A stretch of 43,102 nt of DNA from Escherichia phage AV104. The DNA lies in sequence record OR352935.1. One strand, written 5' to 3'. Every line of letters begins with the position of its first letter. The first letter of the stretch is position 1. A model generated the notes under the pieces. The model made no database searches. It was not told where the DNA came from and was given only the letters and a program-made list of their open reading frames with translations. The translations under genes were made by a program, and so were the position numbers. Of this stretch, positions 27,188 to 36,218 are shown in pieces.

Positions 27188-29450
27188 AACGGTACACCTC
27201 TTCCCCAGCCCATGTTAACGGGAACCCTTCGGCCCACTCAGGTAATGAGCATAGCAGGTCACCCATCTCTTTAACCGTGTACTCTGGCGTGTCTGGCGTT
27301 TCGGCAACACATTCGTCATGTACGTGGAGTACAATTGGGTAGCCCGCCGCCTCGACCGTCAGGAGTCCGTTAACCAGTAAATCACGGCACAACGCCTGGA
27401 TGATGTTTTCACACAATTTTCCGCCGTGGGTGTACAAAGTTGTCCACTGGCGGGTGGTCTGATTTTCACCCTGATACTTAATGCGGACGTTAGTAGTAAC
27501 GCGCCCATCCTCGTCAGTCTCTTTAGTGACGCTTAAGCCTATGCCAGGGTAGGACATGATGCGCCCAGACGGCAGTTCCACGCACAACCACCAACCCGGA
27601 ACCGGATTACCGTGGTTGTCTTTTTCTTTGGTACGCCAGATGCGGATGGCTCTGTCGCCGTTAAGGCGTACTCGGGCCCCCGCCCAAAACTCTCGTCCCG
27701 GATTTCTGATGGCGGCTATCACCGAATCCTTAAGGTCATTCCAGAATTTCACTGTTTCCGGATGGGCTTCCCGCCACATGCGCTTAATGGCGTCACAGGT
27801 GCGCCAGACTTCTTTAGGCAGCACATAAGAGGCCCGTTCATCTTTTTTACCAGGCTTTGGCGGGCGTTTAGCCTCCTGAATTCTGGCCCATTCGTAGCCA
27901 CGGGCGGTAGCCGCCCAAATGTGGTCGGGGAACGTGCCCCGCATTGTCTCTGTCATTTTAAAGAGGTCCAGCCCGTAAGTTTTAGCCATAGTCATAAAAG
28001 CCCCTACGCCCCCCTCGTAGCCGAGGCCGAGTTCGCAACATTTCCCGACCTGACGTAGGTCCTTACGGGTGGCTTTTAGTTCTACGGGGTCCATGCCAAA
28101 CATCTTGCCCGCGGTGGCGCAATAAATATCAATCCCTGCGCGGAAGGTCTCAAGCGCGGATGTCTCCCCCGCGGTCCAGGCCAACCCGCGCCCTTCTACG
28201 TTTGAGTAGTCGGCAACGAGCAACTTATTACCCTTTTCAGGGATGATGCAACTGCGAACAGTCGAGGCTGTCAGCTTGGATACGTCGAAACGACGGTGCG
28301 CCCGACCCTTTAGCAGCAGATTGATGCCGAACGATAGGGGGTTGAGACGACGGTTCCAGTCTTCGTCGGACTCCCACGGCTGGCGTACAAGTTTCTTCTC
28401 CTCGTTAGTCGGGTCATCATGATAGTACCCGCGCGACAGGTTCTGCGGCTGGAACCCTTTACCCGCAAATCGTAAAGTGCGCTTTGCCCCACCGTACTGG
28501 ATGCAACCGCGGCGGCGGCCGTCTTTGGACCGTCCTAGCAGGAGCGGTTTGTATTTTGTCGACGCCGTGGAGGCCGCGCCGAGGCGCATCTCAATGATTG
28601 TGCGCGCATCGTCAGGTAAGTCGTCGTCCTCTAGCAAACCTTCGAGCGTTGCTTTCTGCGCATTATAGATATTGTAGGCCGGTGCCAGCTCCCGAAGGAT
28701 TGGCAGGAAGTCTTTACCCGTTAGCTTCCCGCCAAATTTAGCCCTGGCCTCGTTTTTTAGCTCTTGCTTGTGGCGTTCAACTGCTGCTACCGCCGCCTCA
28801 GCAAGAGCCGCATCAACAAAGAAGCCTCGGTCGTTGATTAACTGGTCAAGTTCAAGTACACGGTCCTCGAAATCGGAGTTACCCCAACGTGGCAGCTTAT
28901 GGAAGACTTCACGCATCGCTGTGATGTCGCTCACGGCGTACTTGATGAACAGCGCCCATTCGTCCGGGTGCGTTTCGGCGGTGTAGCGGCGGATTTTATA
29001 GTTCTTCGGGGTTGGTTTGGAGAAACGCTGAATCAGAGCCTTGCCACGTTTATCTTTCGCGTTGTCGGCGGATACGCCCAGCACTTCGCATAATGCGTCA
29101 AGTGAACCCGGCAGCGCGTGGCGAAACGCCCAAATCATAGTGTCAATGGTGTTGCTGACCGGAATATCGAAGCCCCAGCAGTTCTTCATGATGAGCCTAT
29201 CGAAAAGTCCACCGTTATGCCACACCATCTTAATGCGACTGTTTGGCTTCACCAGACGGCGTAACGCGCGGTGTAAATCTCCCGGCATGTCGCTGCCGTC
29301 AGTGCAGTCCCATACCTGAACAGGCTCGTCATCAAAAGCATAGGTGCAGATGAGCACTTCGGTAGTCGGGTGTTCGGCGTAAGCATAGGAGCCGACTTTC
29401 TTCAAATCGGCTTCGGAGAAGGTTTCAAAGTCCAGGTATAAGTAGCTCAT
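27177..29450 (-). CDS. family A DNA polymerase with 3'-5' exonuclease domain
   Basis: 757 aa; ExoI YLDFETFS; motif A DYSNVEGRGLAW; motif B RQVGKCCELGLGYEGG; motif C VLHVHDECV. Confidence 0.9.
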   Translation of the reverse strand: MSYLYLDFETFSEADLKKVGSYAYAEHPTTEVLICTYAFDDEPVQVWDCTDGSDMPGDLHRALRRLVKPNSRIKMVWHNGGLFDRLIMKNCWGFDIPVSNTIDTMIWAFRHALPGSLDALCEVLGVSADNAKDKRGKALIQRFSKPTPKNYKIRRYTAETHPDEWALFIKYAVSDITAMREVFHKLPRWGNSDFEDRVLELDQLINDRGFFVDAALAEAAVAAVERHKQELKNEARAKFGGKLTGKDFLPILRELAPAYNIYNAQKATLEGLLEDDDLPDDARTIIEMRLGAASTASTKYKPLLLGRSKDGRRRGCIQYGGAKRTLRFAGKGFQPQNLSRGYYHDDPTNEEKKLVRQPWESDEDWNRRLNPLSFGINLLLKGRAHRRFDVSKLTASTVRSCIIPEKGNKLLVADYSNVEGRGLAWTAGETSALETFRAGIDIYCATAGKMFGMDPVELKATRKDLRQVGKCCELGLGYEGGVGAFMTMAKTYGLDLFKMTETMRGTFPDHIWAATARGYEWARIQEAKRPPKPGKKDERASYVLPKEVWRTCDAIKRMWREAHPETVKFWNDLKDSVIAAIRNPGREFWAGARVRLNGDRAIRIWRTKEKDNHGNPVPGWWLCVELPSGRIMSYPGIGLSVTKETDEDGRVTTNVRIKYQGENQTTRQWTTLYTHGGKLCENIIQALCRDLLVNGLLTVEAAGYPIVLHVHDECVAETPDTPEYTVKEMGDLLCSLPEWAEGFPLTWAGEEVYRYAK

Positions 29451-29605
29451 TTCTTTTTCCTTAAATCCAGTGCCTTAGTTTCGCTGAGTCTTATTTTCAT
29501 ACAATCACGGCAAATCCACACATGCCTGTACCCGGCACGGTACTCGTCCGCGTACCACGGAAGTGGCTTCATATATCGGTATACGTGCTTACAGAAAAAC
29601 ATCAT
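29447..29605 (-). CDS. small Cys/His-rich protein (52 aa)
   Basis: MMFFCKHVYRYMKPLPWYADEYRAGYRHVWICRDCMKIRLSETKALDLRKKK; stop overlaps the polymerase ATG (ATGA). Confidence 0.35.
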   Translation of the reverse strand: MMFFCKHVYRYMKPLPWYADEYRAGYRHVWICRDCMKIRLSETKALDLRKKK

Positions 29606-29610
29606 TTTCG

Positions 29611-29642
29611 ACCCTTAGTAAAAAGGCCCAATAAAGGGCCTT
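29611..29642 (-). terminator. hairpin / terminator after DUF2815-like gene
   Basis: AAGGCCC-AATAA-AGGGCCTT with T-tract on the minus strand. Confidence 0.45.
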
Positions 29643-29661
29643 AATTAAACAGATTCAGATA

Positions 29662-30294
29662 TTAACCACGGCGACGACGTTCGCGGCGCGGTGCTTCATC
29701 TTCTTCGTCGTCTTCCAGGTCGTCGGTGCTCGCTACTACACTGGAGCCGCCGAAGCGTTTACCTTCGCCCATATACTTGATGCCGAGGATGGTAGCGCAC
29801 AGGTTTTTCCAATCTTTGTGCCACCATAATTCTACAGATACGTTTGCGATACATCCGCTATATACCTGCTCGCCTTCTATTTCTTTCCCGTCGATGTTGA
29901 AATCAGGCTCGGTTTGTTTTTCACCTTTAGCCGATGTCATAATCACCGGTTGGCGGTTGTTTGTAGCGCGGAAATACAGACCTTCTTCAAAATCCTCAAT
30001 CGGATTATCTCGCATTGCCAGGTCACGGACGCAGCATTTGTCTGCGTGGTGGTCTACACCGTAGTTGGCCTTCATCCATTTCTCGGCAGCAGCGGCCCCG
30101 ATTGCATCTGTTACAACTTCCAACGCGGTGTCGTAAAGCGCATCAATTTGAGGATGGTCAGGCTGCATAAGAACAGTAACCTGATACTTACCCTTAATCA
30201 GTTTACCGGTTTTCTTGTCCTCAGAGTCGGCGGCACGTTCAAATACGTTAACCCAGGCAGTGTTTACTTTACGCAGATTCAGTTTAATACCCAT
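29662..30294 (-). CDS. phage replication-associated protein (DUF2815-like, possible ssDNA-binding)
   Basis: 210 aa; acidic and Arg-rich C-terminal tail (DDLEDDEEDEAPRRERRRRG); sits between polymerase and Cas4-like nuclease; family assigned from memory only. Confidence 0.4.
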   Translation of the reverse strand: MGIKLNLRKVNTAWVNVFERAADSEDKKTGKLIKGKYQVTVLMQPDHPQIDALYDTALEVVTDAIGAAAAEKWMKANYGVDHHADKCCVRDLAMRDNPIEDFEEGLYFRATNNRQPVIMTSAKGEKQTEPDFNIDGKEIEGEQVYSGCIANVSVELWWHKDWKNLCATILGIKYMGEGKRFGGSSVVASTDDLEDDEEDEAPRRERRRRG

Positions 30295-30349
30295 CGTGAT
30301 TTCTCGCTTTTAAGTTTACTCCGGGAGCTGCCCGGCCAGTGATTAGAAC

Positions 30350-30368
30350 TATAATAGCTAACTATTCA
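30350..30368. promoter_or_regulatory. promoter/operator motif TATAATAGCTAACTATTCA
   Basis: same quasi-palindromic motif as at the early promoters; lies upstream of gene 29662-30294 (minus). Confidence 0.35.
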
Positions 30369-30595
30369 GAAGTCAAATAAAATTTTGCAATAGTGAGTAT
30401 GTTCTCGAAGTCACGCATGTTAGCAGGTTCAAATTCATCCTCTATAGGTTCGTATCGCATCATCGTACCGTTCAGGAACGTGAACGATTCCGAATGTAGA
30501 TAGCCGTTCCAGCGCCATACCATCACAAAATCTTTATCAGTCGGCATTTCATTTACTTGAATCATTCCAAATCCTCCTCTGTTACTTGATTCCAC
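30362..30595 (-). CDS. hypothetical protein
   Basis: 77 aa ORF. Confidence 0.4.
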   Translation of the reverse strand: MESSNRGGFGMIQVNEMPTDKDFVMVWRWNGYLHSESFTFLNGTMMRYEPIEDEFEPANMRDFENILTIAKFYLTSE

Positions 30596-31818
30596 TCAGG
30601 CCGTTTGTCGTCTGCCGTTGCTACGCATGGCGCGCCTGGCTTACGTGTAATGAAGTCTTTCAGTTCTTCTTCCGGTATTACTTTAACCGCTTCGGTTGGC
30701 GTCATGAGCACTTCTTTAGTCAGCTTGCCGCTGTAGAGTTCTGTTACTTTCTCCGCGTCTTTCCACGTACGATTGCCCATCTTACCTTCAACCAGTTTGT
30801 ACCCCGGCACTTTCTTACCGGAATGCAACGCGGCGGCCATCGCTTTCTCAACCTTGTCGATGTGCTGGCGCAATAGCGGCAACTTCTCATACTCAGCTAC
30901 GAGTTGCTCAGGGGTCAGTTCCAGTGCAAAGTCGTCTTCCAGTTCTTCCGCCAGTGCAGAGTTAACGGTTTTTGTACGCGCGGCGCACTGTTCAGAGAAC
31001 CGGCACCACTGACACCCATCTACCGACGGTCTGAAGTCCGACGCTTTCAGGTTCTTCTTTCCACGGAAATAGGCGTCAAGCGCTAACAATGCACGTTTCT
31101 GCGCGAACTTAGCGAACAGTTCCAGACCTTCAACCGAGATGTCCCACTCGGACGCACCGCCAGCATACGGCTGGAAGATAACAAGACGAACAACTGTGAT
31201 GTTATAACGTCTCCTGAGTCGGCGATAAACACCGAGAGCGTAAAGCATAAGCTGCTTGTTTTCTTTCGCTTCGACACGATGCCGTCCCGTTTTAAGGTCG
31301 CCAATAATGAGCATGTGCTCGTCAGTGTTTGCCAGTTCCTGAACGGCAACAAGGTCGGCGGTGCCGAACGTCTCAATGCCTTCGTAGCCCGGATGCAATA
31401 CCTCAGTAAGATTGACGCGCATTTCCAGCTTGGCGTAAGTCGCTACATCGATAATCGCTTTGCAGTAATCGGTGTACTTGCGCACCTGCTCAATCATATC
31501 CGTCGTAATCAGTACCGCACCTTTCATCGGGCTTATTAGCGCCTTAATCTGGCCTTTACCTTCATCCAGCACGTAAGCACCGACTTCACGCTCTAATGGC
31601 AACGCAGTACCGCGTATATAGGCGTTGAGATGTACCTCAGCTATGGTGTGACACGCGGTCCCTATAACGGCGGATTTACCCGAAGTGTTAGGAATATCTT
31701 TTTCACAGGCCAGTGACGCCGCGCATGACAGCCACTTTTTCGCCCCAGACGGCGACAGTAAGGCGTGCACATCGTTATTGCCACCGCGTTCCTTTAAAAT
31801 CATACCCTGCTCTCCCAC
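30562..31818 (-). CDS. Cas4-like / RecB-family PD-(D/E)XK exonuclease (DUF2800-like)
   Basis: 418 aa; nuclease core (GTADLVA ... IIGDLKTG) and C-terminal Cys cluster CQWCRFSEQC typical of Fe-S Cas4/AddB nucleases. Confidence 0.7.
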   Translation of the reverse strand: MGEQGMILKERGGNNDVHALLSPSGAKKWLSCAASLACEKDIPNTSGKSAVIGTACHTIAEVHLNAYIRGTALPLEREVGAYVLDEGKGQIKALISPMKGAVLITTDMIEQVRKYTDYCKAIIDVATYAKLEMRVNLTEVLHPGYEGIETFGTADLVAVQELANTDEHMLIIGDLKTGRHRVEAKENKQLMLYALGVYRRLRRRYNITVVRLVIFQPYAGGASEWDISVEGLELFAKFAQKRALLALDAYFRGKKNLKASDFRPSVDGCQWCRFSEQCAARTKTVNSALAEELEDDFALELTPEQLVAEYEKLPLLRQHIDKVEKAMAAALHSGKKVPGYKLVEGKMGNRTWKDAEKVTELYSGKLTKEVLMTPTEAVKVIPEEELKDFITRKPGAPCVATADDKRPEWNQVTEEDLE

Positions 31819-32072
31819 TGGTCAATTAAATGTCGTGTCTTATGTTCGCAGTGCATAGCCCACCCATACATCGACTCGAAGACATAAAAGTCAGGTTTGG
31901 CAAATGTCGTGTGCTTAATCTGCGACACGTGACGGCCTATATCTTTAGGCCGCGGTACTTTGCCTAAGTACGCCATCTCTTTCATCTGGTGCGCACCGGA
32001 CGGTGCACGCAACAGCCATAGCGCCTCTGTGTTATCCCGCCTGTCTACAGCGCGGTAGAGTTGGTAAATCAT
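31800..32072 (-). CDS. hypothetical protein
   Basis: 90 aa ORF. Confidence 0.4.
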   Translation of the reverse strand: MIYQLYRAVDRRDNTEALWLLRAPSGAHQMKEMAYLGKVPRPKDIGRHVSQIKHTTFAKPDFYVFESMYGWAMHCEHKTRHLIDQWESRV

Positions 32073-32115
32073 AATTCCGACCCTCAGTTAAAGCGGCCCG
32101 AAGGCCGCGATATAG

Positions 32116-32616
32116 TTATTCTTCTTCGAAATACTTGTTCTTGATTGCTGTCAGGCGTTCCAGGTATTCCGCCAGGTCTTCGTCTTTAATCGCAGCAATC
32201 TTCATTTTCTTACCGGTGAACTCTTCCAGCAGTTCATCAGAATCATCACACGCGGCATCGCTTGGGCCTTCGTTAATCGCATCGTCGATAGCCTGAATCT
32301 GGTCACGCAGAGACTGGTAGTCGACTTCTTGTTTCTCTTCTTCCGGTTCTGGCGTATGTTCCTCTACTTTAGCTTTACGAGGTTTGCGTTTCGGCTTCTC
32401 GTCTTCTGCCGGTTTAGTGTCAACGACGTCTTCACCTTCGACCGGGATTTCTTTTGTTTCTTCTTTGGCGCACTCGGCTACCGCTTCTTTGGTATACACT
32501 ACCTTCTCTACTTCCAGCGGCTCGGCAGCCTGAACAACTTGTTTCGCACTGTTCGCAGCAATCAGTTCATGTGCAACTACGAAACGTTCCAGTAATACTA
32601 AGAATTTCTCTAACAT
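32116..32616 (-). CDS. acidic hypothetical protein, first gene of leftward operon
   Basis: 166 aa, strongly Glu/Asp-rich with a central Lys/Pro basic patch; directly downstream of the divergent early promoter region. Confidence 0.5.
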   Translation of the reverse strand: MLEKFLVLLERFVVAHELIAANSAKQVVQAAEPLEVEKVVYTKEAVAECAKEETKEIPVEGEDVVDTKPAEDEKPKRKPRKAKVEEHTPEPEEEKQEVDYQSLRDQIQAIDDAINEGPSDAACDDSDELLEEFTGKKMKIAAIKDEDLAEYLERLTAIKNKYFEEE

Positions 32617-32648
32617 TATTTATTCTCCTCTCGTTTGGTATGGGTAAC

Positions 32649-32667
32649 TATAATAGCTAACTATTCA
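32649..32667. promoter_or_regulatory. promoter/operator motif TATAATAGCTAACTATTCA in divergent control region
   Basis: quasi-palindrome; on the minus strand followed by leader AAACGAGAGGAG and the ATG of gene 32616. Confidence 0.45.
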
Positions 32668-32694
32668 TTATGTCAATGGGCTTTTCTAAAATAA

Positions 32695-32716
32695 TTAATA
32701 TGGTACTATTCACATA
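32695..32716 (+). promoter_or_regulatory. promoter-like motif (TTAATATGGTACTATTCA) upstream of HTH gene
   Basis: degenerate copy of the early motif 25 nt upstream of the RBS of gene 32741. Confidence 0.35.
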
Positions 32717-32740
32717 TCAACTGACTAAGGAGTAACTGAC

Positions 32741-32956
32741 ATGCAACCATCTGAACTAGGCATCCGTGTAGAACAACGCCGCAAAGAACTAGGCATCTCT
32801 CAGCGCCGTCTGGCGGTTTTGGCTGGCGTTTCCCAGGGCGCGATTAACCAGCTAGCACTTGGAGTAACTCAGGACGTCCGCCCGGCGACGCTGTTTAAAC
32901 TGGCAGAAGTGCTGCAAGTAGACGCCAAGTGGCTGGCGTTTGGTGAAGGGGCTTAA
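32741..32956 (+). CDS. XRE-family HTH transcriptional regulator (Cro-like)
   Basis: 71 aa; LGISQRRLAVLAGVSQGAINQL helix-turn-helix signature. Confidence 0.8.
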   Translation: MQPSELGIRVEQRRKELGISQRRLAVLAGVSQGAINQLALGVTQDVRPATLFKLAEVLQVDAKWLAFGEGA

Positions 32957-32970
32957 CGCCCCTTTCTTTT
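32946..32970 (+). terminator. rho-independent terminator
   Basis: AAGGGGC-TTAAC-GCCCCTT followed by TCTTTTT. Confidence 0.55.
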
Positions 32971-32973
32971 TAC

Positions 32974-35259
32974 CTATTCCAAATCCTCCTCTGTCACTGT
33001 CAGCAGATCATTCGGTTCATATATTGTCTTAGGAATCTTGTTGTCCGTTATCCTGGTGTTCAGCCTGTAGCGGCCAGGGATTATCTGATTGTTTTCGTCG
33101 GTTCCCGGCACAAGATACCCAGCCTCAACCATTTTCTTAATCTTCCCGCGTTCTATGGCTTCTTTGGAGTTAAACGCCTTTGCGTTGGGGTCTGACTGTG
33201 CGAGCTTATTCGCTGCAGCTACCGTGATACCTTCGCTGCCGTTGTAGGTTCCTTCTGCCAGTTCAAACGCTGCCAGTATCGTGGCCTCTGAACTGTTGAC
33301 GGCGTTCTCTACGGTTTTACGTACGTTTTCTTTACCTTCCTTTGTCAGACCTTCTTCACGCTCTTTCTCCTCGTCAGTCTTAAACGGCTCGAAGCCCCAC
33401 GGCATCAGTACAAGTGCCTTATGTGGTTCCGGCAGGTCGAGGTTTACGATTGTGCCGTATTCCTCTGTGTTACCGAGGAACTCAACCGCGCGGTATTCTT
33501 TCGGCGGCGGGGCTTCACGGAACTGTACGGACTCCAGAACCATACCGACAGTTTTCTGTTGGGGGCCGTGCTTAAATTTAGAGTGGTATACGTTTATCTG
33601 ACGGTCGGTAGCACGTTCGATTGTCAGTTCCACGTCGACACCCGCATACAGCGCCCCACTGCCACGGGCTTTCTTTCCGCCTTTCGGCGTATGGTGGACA
33701 ACGCCCACCGCGGCTTTAGTTGCGTCGCGTACTTTTTTAAGGATAGCGATGACTTTACCCATACCGATTGCTGTTGATGAACTATTCTCATCGAACTTAT
33801 CAATCGTCAGTGCCAGCGTCTGGTTGAGGGTATCAAACGCAATCATGCCGATTGGTTCTTCTCCTGCGGTTTCACGCATCATACGGATTAGCGCCGTAAG
33901 TTTTTTATCCTCTCGCATGCCGAGTATTTCTGTCATATCGATGACGTGTACATAATCTTTACCTTCCACGCCGTATTTAGCCGCGAGCGCGTCGATACGT
34001 GTACGTGTGGCTGCGCCACCCTCACCGTCAACATAGAAATGGTGACAACGCTGGGTGTCCGCCCCCGCAAACCGGTACCCGGCGGCGCTGAGGTACATCA
34101 TCCCCAGCGTATAGAAAGATTTGTACGTGCCAGATTCCCCGACAATATCCCAGATGCAATCAGAAGGCATGTACCCTTCTACGACGAAATCAGCCTTTAC
34201 CGGTTCCAGTAACTCGTCCTCCTCTGAGCCATCATCGTCTTCCAGGTCGTCGAGGCTGCATGAGACAGATTCACGCGCGCCCCAGCCGATAGCCTCGGCC
34301 ACTTCACTGAACGGCAACCCGGTCGCATCACACGCGTATTTCCACACCTCTTTCGGTGACATGCCTTCGGTTGCCGTAATGTCGGTGTCGTGAATCATGG
34401 TTACGTTCGGCGCTTCGTAGCCCTCGCGCGGGAAGCACAGCAGGAAGTCATCCGGGCGCGGCGTCGGGTCACTGTAGTTCTCCGCGTGTTCTGGTGTGGC
34501 GGGCATCTTAAGGCCGCGCGGCGTCATGATGCCACCGTACTCAAACGCCAGTGCTTCAAACGCATCCGTAAACGCGGTGCGTAGTTCTTCCGGTATCTGG
34601 TAATCCGATGCACTGCTAACGTCAACGGCTGGTACACCTTCCAGTAACTCTTCCGGGTCAATCAGGTCGTTACGGCGCGACCAGATAACGGTAGAGCCAA
34701 CCGGCGGCAGGTACATCGGTTGCGACAGAGTGAACCCGCTGCGGTCAGCGCCCATACCTTTGAAGAAGTGCTCCAGCAATCCGTGACGAACGCGGATGAT
34801 GTCACCACCTTCAACCGGACGCCCCAGCGGCATGACGACGCGAAAGCGCGGGGACTCATCGGCATGTGATGCTGTGGTGTAGAGGCACATCGCCTGGCGG
34901 CTGCGTTTAACCAGTTGCACCGCTTCCTGATACTCTTCCGTCGTTGCGCTGTCGAAGTCCAGATACGCCAGTGACGATTTGCTTACAGACGCGTCACAGC
35001 GATAGAAGAAGCCTTTACGCGCTTGCTTAAAGTCACCGGTTTCCGGGTCTTTTACGGTGCTGTGCGTCGAGTCGCACGCGGCAGTGATATAGCCCGGTGC
35101 GGTCTTCGGATTAATTCCGTCTCGAACGGCATCGAGCGGCTGGAGTAGCTCTTTCAGGTCGCCCAGTGTCGCCGTGTGTGTTGTTCTGACGTTTATATCC
35201 TTTTTCTCCGCCCGCGCGTTGCGACGTGACCACGAGTAGGATAAAATTACATCGGACAT
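32974..35259 (-). CDS. DNA primase/helicase (RecA-like ATPase domain)
   Basis: 761 aa; Walker A-like GESGTYKS with downstream acidic motifs; large N-terminal domain; position in the replication operon. Confidence 0.6.
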   Translation of the reverse strand: MSDVILSYSWSRRNARAEKKDINVRTTHTATLGDLKELLQPLDAVRDGINPKTAPGYITAACDSTHSTVKDPETGDFKQARKGFFYRCDASVSKSSLAYLDFDSATTEEYQEAVQLVKRSRQAMCLYTTASHADESPRFRVVMPLGRPVEGGDIIRVRHGLLEHFFKGMGADRSGFTLSQPMYLPPVGSTVIWSRRNDLIDPEELLEGVPAVDVSSASDYQIPEELRTAFTDAFEALAFEYGGIMTPRGLKMPATPEHAENYSDPTPRPDDFLLCFPREGYEAPNVTMIHDTDITATEGMSPKEVWKYACDATGLPFSEVAEAIGWGARESVSCSLDDLEDDDGSEEDELLEPVKADFVVEGYMPSDCIWDIVGESGTYKSFYTLGMMYLSAAGYRFAGADTQRCHHFYVDGEGGAATRTRIDALAAKYGVEGKDYVHVIDMTEILGMREDKKLTALIRMMRETAGEEPIGMIAFDTLNQTLALTIDKFDENSSSTAIGMGKVIAILKKVRDATKAAVGVVHHTPKGGKKARGSGALYAGVDVELTIERATDRQINVYHSKFKHGPQQKTVGMVLESVQFREAPPPKEYRAVEFLGNTEEYGTIVNLDLPEPHKALVLMPWGFEPFKTDEEKEREEGLTKEGKENVRKTVENAVNSSEATILAAFELAEGTYNGSEGITVAAANKLAQSDPNAKAFNSKEAIERGKIKKMVEAGYLVPGTDENNQIIPGRYRLNTRITDNKIPKTIYEPNDLLTVTEEDLE

Positions 35260-35317
35260 GTTGTATTTCCTTCAGCAAGTAATTTGGCCTCGGCGTTCAC
35301 CGCGTCGGGGCTTTCTT

Positions 35318-35608
35318 TTATCTATTAGCCAGACATTCCATCAAATGCGCGTACTTACGATAATAATCTACGACAATCTCATCACCGAAATACTGATAAA
35401 CGTACGCTAAGTGGTCAGAGACATCGATGGAAGCCGACATTGTGCTGAGTCTTCGGAGACTAATCAACTGTAATTCTTCTGTAACGCAAAACGGTGAATA
35501 AGAGTCCAGCTTACAAGAAACGTTAAAGCACAACGCATATTCGCCTTGCACTAAATAAACCATATAAGCACTGTCATTTTCTTTATCGTGGAAAATTACA
35601 CCTTTCAT
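35318..35608 (-). CDS. hypothetical protein
   Basis: 96 aa ORF. Confidence 0.4.
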   Translation of the reverse strand: MKGVIFHDKENDSAYMVYLVQGEYALCFNVSCKLDSYSPFCVTEELQLISLRRLSTMSASIDVSDHLAYVYQYFGDEIVVDYYRKYAHLMECLANR

Positions 35609-35775
35609 TTCACGTTCTCCTTAATCCACGCCTCAACTTTATTACGGTCAAATGTACCAGGTAAACGGCGACCCATTACTTTAACGCTGCAATCAGGAAA
35701 CTTTCCACTCTTAATCCAGTTATTGATTGTCTGGCGGGTGACTCCGATTAATTCTGCAACTTCATTGATAGTCAT
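35605..35775 (-). CDS. AlpA/Xis-like HTH DNA-binding protein
   Basis: MTINEVAELIGVTRQTINNWIKSGKFP matches the AlpA-type HTH pattern; ATG at 35775 with AGGAG RBS (track start further upstream is less likely). Confidence 0.6.
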   Translation of the reverse strand: MTINEVAELIGVTRQTINNWIKSGKFPDCSVKVMGRRLPGTFDRNKVEAWIKENVK

Positions 35776-35815
35776 TTCGCGCTCTCCTGTGTAAGATGTA
35801 TCGAAGTATAAGGCG

Positions 35816-35855
35816 GTAACTTTGTAAAAGCAACCAAAACTGAACACAAAGTTAC
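35816..35855. repeat. 10-bp perfect inverted repeat GTAACTTTGT / ACAAAGTTAC separated by 20 bp
   Basis: read directly; lies between divergent promoters (AlpA-like operon leftward, RNA element rightward). Confidence 0.6.
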
Positions 35856-35880
35856 TAAGATACAAAAGATGCTACTGGTA

Positions 35881-35909
35881 TTGACTTTTACTTAAAAATA
35901 TGCTAAGCT
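35881..35909 (+). promoter_or_regulatory. sigma70-like promoter (TTGACT-17 bp-TAAGCT with extended TG), copy 2
   Basis: near-identical to 4779-4807. Confidence 0.5.
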
Positions 35910-35916
35910 TCACTGA

Positions 35917-36026
35917 GCTTGTGAGATATCGCAAGCGACCGCGGAGCGGCAGGGAACGCAACGCGTGCCATTAGGCACTTGAGTGTAGTTCCGCTGGCGC
36001 TTTCGGAAGGGCCAAAGTCTATTGTT
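35917..36026 (+). ncRNA. candidate structured RNA element, copy 2
   Basis: paralogue of 4815-4925 with compensatory hairpin (GUGCC-AUUA-GGCAC here versus GGGAC-GUAA-GUCCU in copy 1); followed by a large hairpin at 36091-36150. Confidence 0.3.
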
Positions 36027-36090
36027 AATCCCGCCTAAATACCCAAGTCACTGATAATTAAAAGTTTCTATAGTTGCCGTAAGCAAGGTG

Positions 36091-36150
36091 GAGAGTACTT
36101 CACTCCGCTGGGGTGGGCTAACGCCCACCCACTGCGTTGCGTACTCTTTT
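36091..36150 (+). terminator. complex hairpin / possible terminator
   Basis: GGGTGGGC-TAAC-GCCCACCC inner stem, outer GAGAGTAC/GTACTCTT pairing, then TTTT. Confidence 0.35.
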
Positions 36151-36189
36151 AAGAAACGAAAGAATCACAACGGCAACGTAACTTTTCTC

Positions 36190-36218
36190 TTGCACACCCC
36201 AACATAATAGGATACTAT
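36190..36218 (+). promoter_or_regulatory. early promoter (TTGCAC-17-TACTAT, spacer contains CATAATAGG)
   Basis: conserved with 37632-37660 and minus-strand 13736-13768; followed by conserved leader TTATCGAAACGAGA..GAGGAG. Confidence 0.45.

Noticed and set aside
30586-31539. Plus-strand ORFs (60-96 aa) inside the Cas4-like nuclease gene
   Set aside because: Antisense to a gene with clear nuclease and Cys-cluster motifs; no RBS; low-complexity products
33281-34584. Plus-strand ORFs inside the primase/helicase gene
   Set aside because: Antisense to a 761-aa gene with a Walker A motif; Ser-rich artefact translations
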